64,000 bases of DNA from Candidatus Bathyarchaeota archaeon (GCA_963815095.1 CAWFFH010000003.1:992001-1056000); one strand, 5' to 3'; positions 1 to 10,131 are shown, numbered from the stretch's first letter. Notes: generated from the letters alone by a model not told the origin. Translations and numbers: made by a program.

Positions 1-93
1 TCAACTTGTTTTTTGATTTCTGGGGCCTCAAAATACTTTATTGGCAATTTTCCCTCTTCCGTTACCTTGTGATATGTTGTTTTAGTTAAAAAG

Positions 94-2697
94 CTAGGTG
101 CTTTTCCGCAGAATTTTGGCAAGTTCCATCCAGAACGTGGCAACGAAAGGTACAACGGTGACCAGTGCCCAGTCTTGCAAGTGTAAGCTTGTTATTTGTA
201 ATGATGTCTGTGTGAATGGCAGGGAAGTGCCCAAAAGTAAAGTTACAAATGCCAGCAGTGCCCATAGGAGCATGACTTTGTTTGAAAGGAGTCCTTCTTT
301 AATTAGTGGTTCTCGTTCCGAGCGGAAGTTAAGCGCCAAGAAGATGTGTCCAAACATCCAAGTTGCAAACGCAACCGTCCGCGCGTAAGGTATGCTTTGG
401 GTTGTGTAATATGCAAATAGGAAAGTAGCTGTTACCGCTAAGAAGAGGCTTAAGGCACCCAAAAAGAGGGTTGTTAGCATTGGTTTATTGAGGAATTTCT
501 CTTTTGGATTAATCGGTGGCTTTTGCATATTCCCTGATTCCTCGGGTTCAGCGACAAAAGTAGCTGAAGCAGCCAGGTCCATGAAGAGCTCAAGTACTAT
601 GATTTGTATTGGGGCAAAGGGTAGCGGAATACCTAAGATAATAGGGATGAGAAAGATGGAGACCAATGCTACTTTACATGCTAAGTAGTAGCGGACCCCT
701 TTGCGCAAATTGTCGAAGAGTTTGCGCCCTTCTTTAACTGCGATTTCTATGGTGGTAAAGTTGTCATCGGTCAAAATCATGCTTGCTGCTTCTTTGGCGA
801 CGTCGGTTCCGCGTGTGCCCATGGCAATTCCGATATGTGCTTCTTTAAGTGCTGGAGCATCGTTTATGCCGTCGCCTGTGACAGCTACGATTTCGCCGTT
901 CTCTTTGAGTAACCTAACCAGACGCAGCTTGTCTTCTGGAGTAACTCGAGCAAAAATATATGTGTTCTTCAATGCTTCTTTTAGATCAGCGTCGGTCATC
1001 TTTGCGATTTCATCCCCTGTTAGCACTTTTGAGCTGTTTATGCCGACTTGATAGGCGATGGTTCTTGCAGTTTCAGGGTGGTCTCCTGTAATCATAATTA
1101 CTTTGATTCCTGCTTCTTTACAAGTTTGGATGGCTCCCCTTACTTCTTTGCGTGGTGGATCAATGAAGCCTATGATTCCGACGAAAACGATGTTTTTCTC
1201 AAGAATTTCCTTCTCCGATGGTGCATCTGTTGGTAATCTGTGGTATCCAAAACCCAAAAGGCGTTCGCCCGAACGCGCCATCTTAACTATTGCCAAGGAA
1301 ACTTCATTTCTAAGGGCATCGGTAAGCGGTGATTCTTCACCCTTCAACAAAATTCTGTCGGCGTTTTCTAGGATTCTCTCAGGTGCACCGCTCGACAAAG
1401 CCACCATTGAGTTGCCATATTGGTAAATGTAAGAAGCAAGTTTGCGTTTAACATCAAAGCTTAATTCGTCTTTGAGAACCCAATCTTTTGACAGAAGTTC
1501 GACTTCCAAGCCATCCTGTTTTAGGTTTTGTAGGATTGCTTGTGTCATCGGATTACCAGACATTGGGGCGTTACGGATTGCGTCGCTCGATAGAAGCGCT
1601 GTTTTTAATGCAGCTTTTTCGTTTTCTTTAAACTCAGTTGCTGAGGTTACTTTGGTATCAAAGTAAAGGTGTTCCACCCGCATATTGTTCTCGGTAATTG
1701 TGCCAGTTTTGTCAGTAGCTATTACTGTTACTGTTCCAAGGGTTTCTGCTGCACGCAAACGCTTCACTATGGCGCCTTTGCGGGACAAAGCGTAGCTGCC
1801 TACTCCTAAAACCATCGTAATTATGATAGGCAATTCCTCGGGGATAACAACGAATGCCAAAGACAAACCATAGAGCACAGCTTCTGCTGGGCTAGGTTGC
1901 AAACCCCTGATGTAACTTAAGACTGGTATGAGTATGGCGAAGAATAATGCAACCCAAACAAGCGTCTTAGAGAGCTGTTTCATAGCCAATTGAAGTGCTG
2001 TTTTAGGTTCTTTGGTGGCTTTGGTTATGCCAGCGACTCTTCCAAGTTCCGTGCTAATTCCAGTTGCGGTTACAATTGCCTTTGCTCGTCCCCTTGAGAC
2101 TACGGATCCCGTGAAAAGCATGTTAGTTTGATCTGTGATTCTGGTTTCAGTCGGCAATGCTAAGGTGGCGTCTTTGGCGGCTGGGAACGATTCGCCGGTT
2201 AACGAAGATTCGTCCATTTCCAACCCGTAAGCCTCTAGTAGTCGAGCGTCCGCTGGAACTCGCTGTCCCACATTCAAAAGTAAGATGTCGCCTGGAACCA
2301 AAAACGCTGTTTGGATCTCAACTGGTTGACCATTTCTGAGCACTAACGCGGTCGACGGAGCTAGTTTCTTGAGCGCAGAAATTGAGCTCTTAGCTCTGTA
2401 TTCATTCCAAACTTCGGCGAGAACAAGAATTATTATAATTATGATGATTGTTAGCGCGTCAGTTAAACTGCCTAAGATGCTGTAGAGAACTCCAACAGCA
2501 ATTAGCAGGAGAATCATAGGCTCAGTGACTTCTTCCCGCAAAATGCCTATGAAACGGATTTGCTTCTCCTCAATGATGCTGTTTTTTCCATATCTGTTTA
2601 AACGTATTGCTGCCTCTTGGTCTGTTAAACCTCTCTCAGGATTAACATCCAATGAACGCGTGAGATCTTGAGTGTCTTTTGAATGCGCTTGGCTCAT
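94..2697 (-). CDS. Cation-translocating P-type ATPase (type IIA-like, Ca2+/Na+)
   Basis: TGES, PEEL, DKTGT phosphorylation motif, MITGD and GDGINDAPALK motifs; about 10 TM segments. Confidence 0.95.
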   Translation of the reverse strand: MSQAHSKDTQDLTRSLDVNPERGLTDQEAAIRLNRYGKNSIIEEKQIRFIGILREEVTEPMILLLIAVGVLYSILGSLTDALTIIIIIIILVLAEVWNEYRAKSSISALKKLAPSTALVLRNGQPVEIQTAFLVPGDILLLNVGQRVPADARLLEAYGLEMDESSLTGESFPAAKDATLALPTETRITDQTNMLFTGSVVSRGRAKAIVTATGISTELGRVAGITKATKEPKTALQLAMKQLSKTLVWVALFFAILIPVLSYIRGLQPSPAEAVLYGLSLAFVVIPEELPIIITMVLGVGSYALSRKGAIVKRLRAAETLGTVTVIATDKTGTITENNMRVEHLYFDTKVTSATEFKENEKAALKTALLSSDAIRNAPMSGNPMTQAILQNLKQDGLEVELLSKDWVLKDELSFDVKRKLASYIYQYGNSMVALSSGAPERILENADRILLKGEESPLTDALRNEVSLAIVKMARSGERLLGFGYHRLPTDAPSEKEILEKNIVFVGIIGFIDPPRKEVRGAIQTCKEAGIKVIMITGDHPETARTIAYQVGINSSKVLTGDEIAKMTDADLKEALKNTYIFARVTPEDKLRLVRLLKENGEIVAVTGDGINDAPALKEAHIGIAMGTRGTDVAKEAASMILTDDNFTTIEIAVKEGRKLFDNLRKGVRYYLACKVALVSIFLIPIILGIPLPFAPIQIIVLELFMDLAASATFVAEPEESGNMQKPPINPKEKFLNKPMLTTLFLGALSLFLAVTATFLFAYYTTQSIPYARTVAFATWMFGHIFLALNFRSEREPLIKEGLLSNKVMLLWALLAFVTLLLGTSLPFTQTSLQITSLHLQDWALVTVVPFVATFWMELAKILRKST

Positions 2698-2969
2698 CGC
2701 AATACCTAAACATCACTGAGTTGGGAAATTACTAAAGGTTGCGAAAACGGCCCTGCCCCACATAAGATTGCTCAGAAGGAAATGACTTAAAAAGCTTACA
2801 TCCTAAACAAATAAATGATATTCTTGGGGTTAATAAGTTGAATAGGCGTTCTTAGGCGGATTGGAACAATCGCTAAATAACGATTTGTTCTTTGAAACCG
2901 TTTTTTAGCTTATTATGCAAAACTTTATAACCGCGCCGAACGTTTTGAGTCTAAAAAGGTAGAAGTAAG

Positions 2970-3890
2970 ATGAAATTCGGCACATACATGTTTGAAGCAA
3001 AGAAAGTTCCAGGCTTCGACTATGACCTTTTCCGAGTAAAACCAGAAGTAGGCAGACGAATGCCACCCAAAGCTGACATGCACAGCAACATCGCAATCTT
3101 CGGAGACAACGTAACCGCCCGCATCCACCCAGACTGGATCAGCCAATCTGACTTAGGACCAGCATGGAGAACAAATGACAACTTTAACGTACGCTGGGAA
3201 GTACTATGCGCAACACAACCAGAGCACAGAGCTGAACAATTAGACTACATCGAAGACGTAGCACGCAAAAGCCAAGGAATCTGGCTAAACAGCATCCACT
3301 TCGCAGAACACGGCCACTGCACATGCCCACGATGCAAAGACCTATGGAAGAAAAGCGGCTTAAGCTGGTACGAATGGAGACGAAAAGAAATCACCGAATA
3401 CATGGCACAAGTAAGCGACCGCGTACGTAATAAAGCAAAGAAAAAGTTTGTCATCGGAGTCCTTCCAGACCCAGTCACAAACTATGAACGTTTCGGCGTA
3501 TGGTTCGACGATCTCGCACCGCTAACCGATGAATTCCTAGTCGTGATGTTCAACAAAAACTATGCTACTCCATGGTACAATGAAATGCTTACACGCAACT
3601 TCAAGAAACTCTTCAAAGACGTAAAACTAAACATTGCACTCTACGTTATCGGGCCCGGAGACGATCCAAAAGAAACACCAACTCCCGCTGAACTCTTAAC
3701 AGTCTCAGTTCGCATGGCACGCGCAGGAGTGGACGGACTACTATACCTCACAGACAAAGCAGCACAAATGCAAGAATTCCAGAAAGCAGCAATCGCCCAA
3801 AAAGATGTTCGCGAACGCCTAGTAAGTTACGGCGGAAAGCAAGGTCAAGAAGTTCTCGACTTAGTTACAAGTTGGGAAAAACTGTTCTAA
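2970..3890 (+). CDS. Conserved hypothetical protein, putative glycoside-hydrolase-like TIM barrel with a Cys-rich metal-binding insert
   Basis: 306-aa ORF with strong codon bias; HCTCPRC motif and alternating beta/alpha pattern; fold assignment is inference. Confidence 0.6.
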   Translation: MKFGTYMFEAKKVPGFDYDLFRVKPEVGRRMPPKADMHSNIAIFGDNVTARIHPDWISQSDLGPAWRTNDNFNVRWEVLCATQPEHRAEQLDYIEDVARKSQGIWLNSIHFAEHGHCTCPRCKDLWKKSGLSWYEWRRKEITEYMAQVSDRVRNKAKKKFVIGVLPDPVTNYERFGVWFDDLAPLTDEFLVVMFNKNYATPWYNEMLTRNFKKLFKDVKLNIALYVIGPGDDPKETPTPAELLTVSVRMARAGVDGLLYLTDKAAQMQEFQKAAIAQKDVRERLVSYGGKQGQEVLDLVTSWEKLF

Positions 3891-3973
3891 AATAGACCAA
3901 ACCGTTGCAGGCAGAAACAACCTATAGTGGTAAAAACCACCAAGGCTGCCCTTTTTATTTAATTAAAAAAATT

Positions 3974-4408
3974 CTATTGTATGTACCCTAAGTTTTTGTT
4001 TTGGGTTTCGTTTATTTCCTTCATCGACTCGTAATGCGCTTCAATTAAGATTTTGAGGGCGTCGATGTTTTTTGTAATATCTTCTACTTCGCCACTTTTC
4101 TGTAAAACCCCAGATTTTACAAGTTGCTCGTTTATTTTGCTGACTGAAACTTCAATGACCTTAACTTTGAACGCAAAAATCTGTAATGTGTAGAGAAGGC
4201 TAAGCTGAGAAGTTAAACGTTCTAAACGATCTAACTCGAGTGTTTTTCCAATGAACGCTCTTAATTTTTGTTCTTGAGATGCAAGCGGTGAAACAAGAAG
4301 ACCCTCGTATATGGCCGTTTGTTTTGTGGTTGCTTCCTTGGTTTCATCCACGACTTTTTGAACGCGTTTTGCGGTTTTATCTAACATCTCTAAGACTTCA
4401 TCCATCAA
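3974..4408 (-). CDS. Hypothetical coiled-coil protein
   Basis: 144-aa ORF, helical heptad composition, TATA-like TATATATAA upstream (~4460). Confidence 0.7.
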   Translation of the reverse strand: MMDEVLEMLDKTAKRVQKVVDETKEATTKQTAIYEGLLVSPLASQEQKLRAFIGKTLELDRLERLTSQLSLLYTLQIFAFKVKVIEVSVSKINEQLVKSGVLQKSGEVEDITKNIDALKILIEAHYESMKEINETQNKNLGYIQ

Positions 4409-4558
4409 GTATTCCCCAAATCAATGTTAATTTTACTTTTAGGAGACTATATGACCCATTATATATAGCTTAAACAAATTTTAGACAGGTTTTTAATAGG
4501 TAAGCTTTTAGGCAAATCAATACATAATAACAGAACCAGAATTAACAAGAGGAATATT

Positions 4559-4627
4559 ATGCCTTCACTAGCAAAAAAGAATGCAGCAAAAAAGAAGAAA
4601 CATGAAGAAAAAACCGGGAAGAAGTAG
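4559..4627 (+). CDS. Putative 22-aa lysine-rich microprotein MPSLAKKNAAKKKKHEEKTGKK
   Basis: Translated by hand; GAGG SD-like motif just before the ATG, T-rich tract downstream; below the ORF-track length cutoff. Confidence 0.5.
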   Translation: MPSLAKKNAAKKKKHEEKTGKK

Positions 4628-4842
4628 CTCTTTTCGTTTCTAAGCGCTACTTAACCGAAAAAACCTCTCATACCTTTTCTCTTTATTAAAGCGTTATCTT
4701 TGCTTTTGTTGAATGTAAGGATTGGCTAATCAGAGGTAGATCTAAATAATTTTCTCCCATTAAAGAGGGTTTTCTCAATGTTTGAAGAGTAAGAAATTAA
4801 AGTGTTACCAGCCTATCTCTCCAATCACAGGATGAACACCGA

Positions 4843-5685
4843 TTGGCAGTTTTCGTAACTAAAGCAGACGGTTCCAAACAGTTATTTGATAAAGAAAAAA
4901 TAGTAAGGACCTGCCAACGAATTGGCGCAAATAGCGAGGTATCTATTCAAGTCGCGCAAGAAGTGGAAAAAAACCTCTACGAAGGCATAACAACCCAGAA
5001 AATCCTTCAAATAATTTTCACCTTAATGGGTGAACACAAACCCGCAGTCAAACACCTATTCGACCTAAAATATGGCATAAGCCTAATGGAACCTAAACCC
5101 GAATTCGAAGCCTTTGTCCGCGTTCTCTTAGCTCATAGCGGTTTTCAAGTTAAACCGAACACGATTCTGAGGGGATTGTGTGGGGAGCATGAGGTGGATG
5201 CAATAGCCACTAAAGATGGCTTAACTTATTTTGTGGAAGCAAAACATCATTTTAACTATCACACCCTGACGGGTCTTGACGAGAGTCGTATAGCTCGAGC
5301 AATCATAGAAGACGTGACAGAAGGCTACGCAAGTGATGCAGCAAAAATCAAAATTGATCGCGCAATGATAGTTACCAACACCCGATACTCCGAGCATGCC
5401 ATAAACTATGGTCGTTGCCGTGGTATTTTTCAGGTGGGGTGGGCTTCTCCTGAAGGTTTTGGTTTAAGAGAGGTAGTGGAGAAACATAAGTTGTATCCTT
5501 TAAGTTGTCTTCGAGGGGTTAGTACGGAAACGAGGCTGCGTCTGGTTGAGGCGGGAATTGTGCTCATAAAGCAGTTGTTGGAACAGGATAGCAGATATAT
5601 TGAAAGGAAAATCGGGTTATCGAACGAAGTTGTTTTGTCTATAATGGAGAAAGCCAGACACACAACAGAAACAATATGGTATTAG
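4843..5685 (+). CDS. ATP-cone domain plus Mrr-like restriction endonuclease domain protein
   Basis: N-terminal V-x-K-x-DG..FDKEKI ATP cone; EVDAIA...VEAK PD-(D/E)xK motif; possible C-terminal HhH. Confidence 0.85.
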   Translation: MAVFVTKADGSKQLFDKEKIVRTCQRIGANSEVSIQVAQEVEKNLYEGITTQKILQIIFTLMGEHKPAVKHLFDLKYGISLMEPKPEFEAFVRVLLAHSGFQVKPNTILRGLCGEHEVDAIATKDGLTYFVEAKHHFNYHTLTGLDESRIARAIIEDVTEGYASDAAKIKIDRAMIVTNTRYSEHAINYGRCRGIFQVGWASPEGFGLREVVEKHKLYPLSCLRGVSTETRLRLVEAGIVLIKQLLEQDSRYIERKIGLSNEVVLSIMEKARHTTETIWY

Positions 5686-6491
5686 GCTTTGAGTGGTTTG
5701 GAGATATCGCCCGAAGAATTCCTTTTGTTTTCTTTGTGTGGGTGTGGGGCGATAATATGGCACATTACCCTTTGGGGTTTGGTTTTTTTTACCTGTTGTG
5801 ATGCAACAGAGGACATGATTGCCATTTTGAGGGTATGGTTGGGTAAATGTGTTTTTTTGGGTTTTTGTGTGTGACAAAAAGTTGTGTTTTGATATGTGAA
5901 GTTTTATGTTTTGTTTGGTGAAATATGGCGGATTGTTCCAATTTAAGATGAATATGTATGTTGCAAATGGGGTTTAGGTTGGGTGATATGGCTGGTTTGT
6001 GGCGGTTTTTGGTAAATCGGTTGTGTTTGGGGTTTTTTCGGTTCCCTATTTTGATGTTTTTTGGCTTATTCTGCCCTGTTTTGGAGCTGTTTTGTCGTAT
6101 CTGGGAGAGTTTCTTACTTAAAAAAGCATAGCGTTGGGCTGAGTATCGGCGAGTAGATAGGTGTGTTAAGAGTTTGGAGCAGACCGCGTGAGAGGGATAG
6201 CGGTTGAGGGCTTGGAGTTCTGGTTTGCGGGGTGGATTGGTTCACACAGTAATGTTGGTTTGTATGTTGGGCTGTGTGGGTGTTGTGTGGAGGGATGTTG
6301 GGTTTTCTATTCCTGTGCCATGTGGAGCAGCCTGATAAACTGCAAAAACGGCAAGCGTGACGGAAAGGTCAGTGCTACTTTTGCCGTGACTGTGGCTATA
6401 TGTTTTCTGAGGGCTCCACAAAAAGCTATTTCTAAGTTGACTAAACAATTACCCACTTAGAAAGAAGAAAATGTATGCTTGAGTTATTAAA

Positions 6492-6716
6492 TCAATATTT
6501 TTCCATTACTTTTCTAGTTGCGATTTCAATATCTTCCACTTTAATGGTTTTTCTTCGGGCATGAATGGAATAATCACGTGCTTCTTTAGCAATTTTAACG
6601 CCAATTTCCTCGAGAACTTTTGCAAGTAACTCCGCTGCTTCTTCACTCACTCTTTCTGCTCCTGCTTTCTTACATAATCTGTGCATTGGAGCCACGGCTA
6701 TTTCTAATTCGTTCAT
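6492..6716 (-). CDS. Archaeal histone (HMfA/HMfB family)
   Basis: [19 protein letters not shown]...[12 protein letters not shown] histone-fold signature. Confidence 0.95.
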   Translation of the reverse strand: MNELEIAVAPMHRLCKKAGAERVSEEAAELLAKVLEEIGVKIAKEARDYSIHARRKTIKVEDIEIATRKVMEKY

Positions 6717-6840
6717 ATCGACTTTCTCCGCAGTCTCTTTTTATTTTTAAGTCAATATTAAGCTTTGTTATCTATTTCATCATTTTTTAGCAAATTATAA
6801 ATACTAATAGCCACATAAATTGAATCCCGAGGTTATTTTA

Positions 6841-6897
6841 ATGGCAAAGAAACCAGTTAAGAAAGTAGCAAAGAAAGCCCCAGCAAAGAAAAAGTAA
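6841..6897 (+). CDS. Putative 18-aa lysine-rich microprotein MAKKPVKKVAKKAPAKKK
   Basis: Translated by hand; TATA (TTATAAAT ~6795), GAGGT SD and downstream oligo-T terminator; divergent from the histone gene. Confidence 0.6.
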   Translation: MAKKPVKKVAKKAPAKKK

Positions 6898-7093
6898 ACC
6901 CTCGGCAAAGGCATAGTTACCTCTCTATTTTTCTTTTTTTACTCAATAAAATGATCTTTCTTCGGCAAACTTGATGGCACTTCAAAAAATTCACCCTTGA
7001 TAAGTCACCGAATTTGAAGGCGATAAAATCTTTGAAAACGTAAATAACCAACAACCACCCGATGACAGGATTTGTTAAAGGATGTTAAGTGAT

Positions 7094-7113
7094 CTGGGGG
7101 GGATTTGAACCCC
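7094..7113 (-). repeat. att-like direct repeat of the tRNA-Ala 3' part (T-arm/acceptor)
   Basis: CTGGGGGGGATTTGAACCCC is identical to 8077-8096. Confidence 0.85.
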
Positions 7114-7254
7114 TGCCAGAGTGGAGATATCACCCGCAAAACCCCTTTTTTTCAGGTTATGGCTGGAACAAAAATCGCTCCGCATCTCTCATAATGCGTT
7201 TGGCTCGAATTGTGTAATTTGCTGATAAAAATACGGGATTCTACTTTTTGCGGT

Positions 7255-7686
7255 TTAACCTACGATCTGAGTCATGTCTTTGATGATTCCTTTTTCTACT
7301 TCAATGGTCCACAGCATTTCGGGTACGTCAACGATGAGAAATAGGCCGACTGTTAAGATGGATTCGATCGAGGCCACTGCTAGGTTCTGGATGAATTTGC
7401 CTATGCCTATATGAATTGCGAAATTGTTGGGCTGACCCGATATTAGGATGGTGAACGCTCTATTCGCATCGATGATGCCCCGTAAAACTCCAGCTTTCTG
7501 CGCTTGTATGATTATGCCCATAGGATTATTGGTTGACTGTGTTTTATAGCCTTCGGATGATAGTTTCTGAATGATTTGTTGTGATAATTGATTTAAATCC
7601 TTATTTTTTCCTTCAAAATGGATTACTTTCTCAGATACTACATCGTCATGGCCATCAAAATGGAGTGGTATATCGTCATTTGACAA
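7255..7686 (-). CDS. Hypothetical protein (island cargo) with a hydrophobic C-terminal segment
   Basis: 143-aa ORF with GAGG SD upstream of a TTG start. Confidence 0.7.
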   Translation of the reverse strand: MSNDDIPLHFDGHDDVVSEKVIHFEGKNKDLNQLSQQIIQKLSSEGYKTQSTNNPMGIIIQAQKAGVLRGIIDANRAFTILISGQPNNFAIHIGIGKFIQNLAVASIESILTVGLFLIVDVPEMLWTIEVEKGIIKDMTQIVG

Positions 7687-7760
7687 ACTAAAAACCTCAA
7701 GATCATATTAGAACGGCGACTAATTAAGAGTTTTTAAAAAAAAAGTCATTATCGACGAAC

Positions 7761-8032
7761 TTGAATTCTGAAGAATTGGAACGCGCTAAAAGTCTGTGAC
7801 AGGTCCAGAGTGCGGCAGGCAAAGAAACTGCAAAGACGGAAAAAGGCAAACCCGTCTCGGGAAAATTCAGTGCTACCTGTGCAGCGAGTGCGGCTACAGG
7901 CCTCCATTTTCGTCATGTCTAACTTACATCAGACCTGAAGAAATATGAATTACCTAAAACAAACTTGTAGAAGCAGGATTTGCTTTTGTATGTGACTTCG
8001 GTGCTAACAAGATTTTCAAAAAACACAAGTAA
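7761..8032 (+). pseudogene. Internally deleted tyrosine-integrase remnant (Zn-ribbon N-terminus plus extreme C-terminus)
   Basis: PECGRQRNCKDGKRQTRLGKIQCYLCSECGYR, then two stops, then KLVEAGFAFVCDFGANKIFKKHK*. Resembles termini of bathyarchaeal integrases (recalled, not searched). Adjacent to the tRNA 3' end. Confidence 0.65.
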
Positions 8033-8072
8033 CTTTCAAGGGGACCAGGAATCAGTTAAAAAGATGTATCAG

Positions 8073-8146
8073 TGGACTGGGGGGGATTTGAACCCCCGAC
8101 CTCTTGAGTGCAAGTCAAGCGTTCATGCCAGCTGAACTACCAGCCC
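8073..8146 (-). tRNA. tRNA-Ala (UGC)
   Basis: Cloverleaf GGGCTGG/CCAGTCC with G3:U70, anticodon loop CTTGCAC, TTCAAAT T-loop; CCA not encoded. Confidence 0.97.
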
Positions 8147-8258
8147 ACGGCTTGCACTTCCCGAATCAGATACGGTTCCTTGATATTTAGCTTTTGCCAG
8201 AACGGATGAATTGCTTAAAACGTTATATCCCCAAAATCCATAACATTAACCTTGAGGC

Positions 8259-8750
8259 TTGAAGTTGGATTTAAAAACAGTGAAAATTGACCCGCCCAAA
8301 GACTGCAACACCATTCTTGGTATGGCACATTTTATAAAAACTGCCGAAGACCTCTACGAAGCCCTTGTCAATTCTGTGCCAAACATCCAATTTGGTTTGG
8401 GCTTCTGCGAAAGTTCCGGTCCATGCCTTGTACGTCATGAAGGAAATGACGTGGAACTGAGGCGTTTGGCGGCGGAGAAGGCGTTTGAAATCGGCTGCGG
8501 CCACAGTTTTTTGATATTCTTAAGGAACGCTTATCCATTGAATGTTTTAGATAAAATTAAGAAGGTGCCTGAAGTCTGCACTGTTTATGCGGCTACTGCT
8601 AACCCGATAGAAGTTATAGTCGCCGAAACCTCTCAGGGTAGAGGCATCATAGGCGTAGTCGACGGATTGAAAAGTAAGGGCATAGAAACCGACTCAGACA
8701 TCGTTGAAAGAAGGCAGTTTCTGCGGAAAATCGGCTACAAACTCAAGTAA
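8259..8750 (+). CDS. Adenosine-specific kinase family protein (DUF355)
   Basis: [36 protein letters not shown] motifs. Confidence 0.9.
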   Translation: MKLDLKTVKIDPPKDCNTILGMAHFIKTAEDLYEALVNSVPNIQFGLGFCESSGPCLVRHEGNDVELRRLAAEKAFEIGCGHSFLIFLRNAYPLNVLDKIKKVPEVCTVYAATANPIEVIVAETSQGRGIIGVVDGLKSKGIETDSDIVERRQFLRKIGYKLK

Positions 8751-8816
8751 ACGCCACCATAAACTATTTTAGTTCACTTAGGAATCAACCCTTAACAGAC
8801 TTAGCGATGTGTTTTT

Positions 8817-9671
8817 ATGGCTTTAGAGAGAAACATGGCTCAAATTGAAGCTTACCGAAAACAGGAATCTGTGCAACAACAGAACCTAAAAGAAAAGATG
8901 GGCAAGATAAAACATAAAATCGCCATAATAAGTGGCAAAGGCGGAGTTGGAAAAAGCACCGTTACAGTGAATCTTGCAACGGCTTTTGCAATGCAGGGCA
9001 AACGAGTTGGTGTTTTGGATGCGGATATTCATGGACCGAGCGTCCCAAGGCTTCTGGGTTTAGAGGGGCAACATGTTGAGAGTAGCTCGACGGGTGCAAT
9101 TCCTGTTGCTGGTCCTTTAGGTATGAAGGTTATGTCTATTGATTTCTTTATGTCTGAGCAAACCCCAGCAATTTGGCGTGGCCCCCTAAAGATGCGGGCA
9201 ATTCGACAGTTCTTATCAGATGTCGATTGGGGAGAACTTGATTTCCTCTTCATCGATTTGCCACCTGGAACGGGTGACGAACCCTTAAGCATAGCTCAAC
9301 TTCTACCCGACATCGACGGCGTAGTCATCGTAACAATGCCATCTGAACTATCAAGCTCAATTGTAAAGAAAGCAATCACCTTCGCTGAAAGACTAAAAAT
9401 GCCAATTATTGGCGTAGTAGAAAACATGAGCGGTTTTATATGTCCCCATTGCGGAACGAAAACTGAGATTTTCCAATCAGGCGGCGGCAAAAAAATGGCT
9501 CAAGAAATGGCTGTAGAATTTCTTGGCAGCATTCCCATTGACCCAACCGTCGGCGTTGATTCTGATAAGGGTACACCATTTGTGCTTTCGCATAAGGATT
9601 CAGTTGCGGCTAAGACATTCATGGACATAGTGCTGAAAGTTCAAGACAAATTAAATAAAAACCAACACTAA
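8817..9671 (+). CDS. mrp: Mrp/NBP35 Fe-S cluster carrier ATPase
   Basis: SGKGGVGKST, DLPPGTGD, ENMS..CPHC. Confidence 0.95.
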   Translation: MALERNMAQIEAYRKQESVQQQNLKEKMGKIKHKIAIISGKGGVGKSTVTVNLATAFAMQGKRVGVLDADIHGPSVPRLLGLEGQHVESSSTGAIPVAGPLGMKVMSIDFFMSEQTPAIWRGPLKMRAIRQFLSDVDWGELDFLFIDLPPGTGDEPLSIAQLLPDIDGVVIVTMPSELSSSIVKKAITFAERLKMPIIGVVENMSGFICPHCGTKTEIFQSGGGKKMAQEMAVEFLGSIPIDPTVGVDSDKGTPFVLSHKDSVAAKTFMDIVLKVQDKLNKNQH

Positions 9672-9840
9672 ACCCTTTTTTTGTTATGCCAGCTTTTTTC
9701 TTGGTTTATTCTTTCAAACAAGCCAATGAATTATAAGACTTTCAATAAAAACCAAAAGCGGATATTTATTTAAAAGGAATAAAAGTAAAAAGATTGGAGA
9801 GCTTAAAACTCCCAGGTTTAATTTTTTTGTCCGTAGTTCA

Positions 9841-10131
9841 TTACTCTTTTGTAAGAGTAATTTCTATGGTTGAAACCATCCTGGACCTATTTTCGCCTTC
9901 GCGTGGTGGCATTTCTGCAGTGCCGATTGCGATCTTTGTCACTTTGAGGTCTTTTATGAAGCGGCTTCGTGTAATTTCTGCTACGTCAACTGCTGTGGTG
10001 ATTGCTTGTCCTCGGGCTTTTAGGGTAATTTCTTTACCTATGCCTGAAGAGAATGCGGTTATGATGGCGAGTACATAGCTCATTGGTGGTTTATTTCCGA
10101 CGAATATAACGTCACTAGCTTTTTCTGTCAT
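9841..10131 (-). CDS. albA: DNA/RNA-binding protein Alba
   Basis: IFVGNKPPMSYVLA, LKARGQAITTAVDVAE, VSTIEITL. Confidence 0.95.
   Translation of the reverse strand: MTEKASDVIFVGNKPPMSYVLAIITAFSSGIGKEITLKARGQAITTAVDVAEITRSRFIKDLKVTKIAIGTAEMPPREGENRSRMVSTIEITLTKE

Larger units (their letters stand above)
7094..8096. mobile_element. Remnant tRNA-Ala-integrated element (~1 kb)
   Basis: Bounded by 20-bp direct repeats; contains an integrase-like remnant and one cargo gene. Confidence 0.7.

Noticed and set aside
5617-6460. Short ORFs 5617-5877, 5689-5874, 6188-6460 and 6242-6448
   Set aside because: Compositional by-products of the G/T-skewed tract; no recognisable motifs.
7091-7135. Second tRNA gene
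   Set aside because: Only a 20-bp T-arm/acceptor fragment; no cloverleaf.
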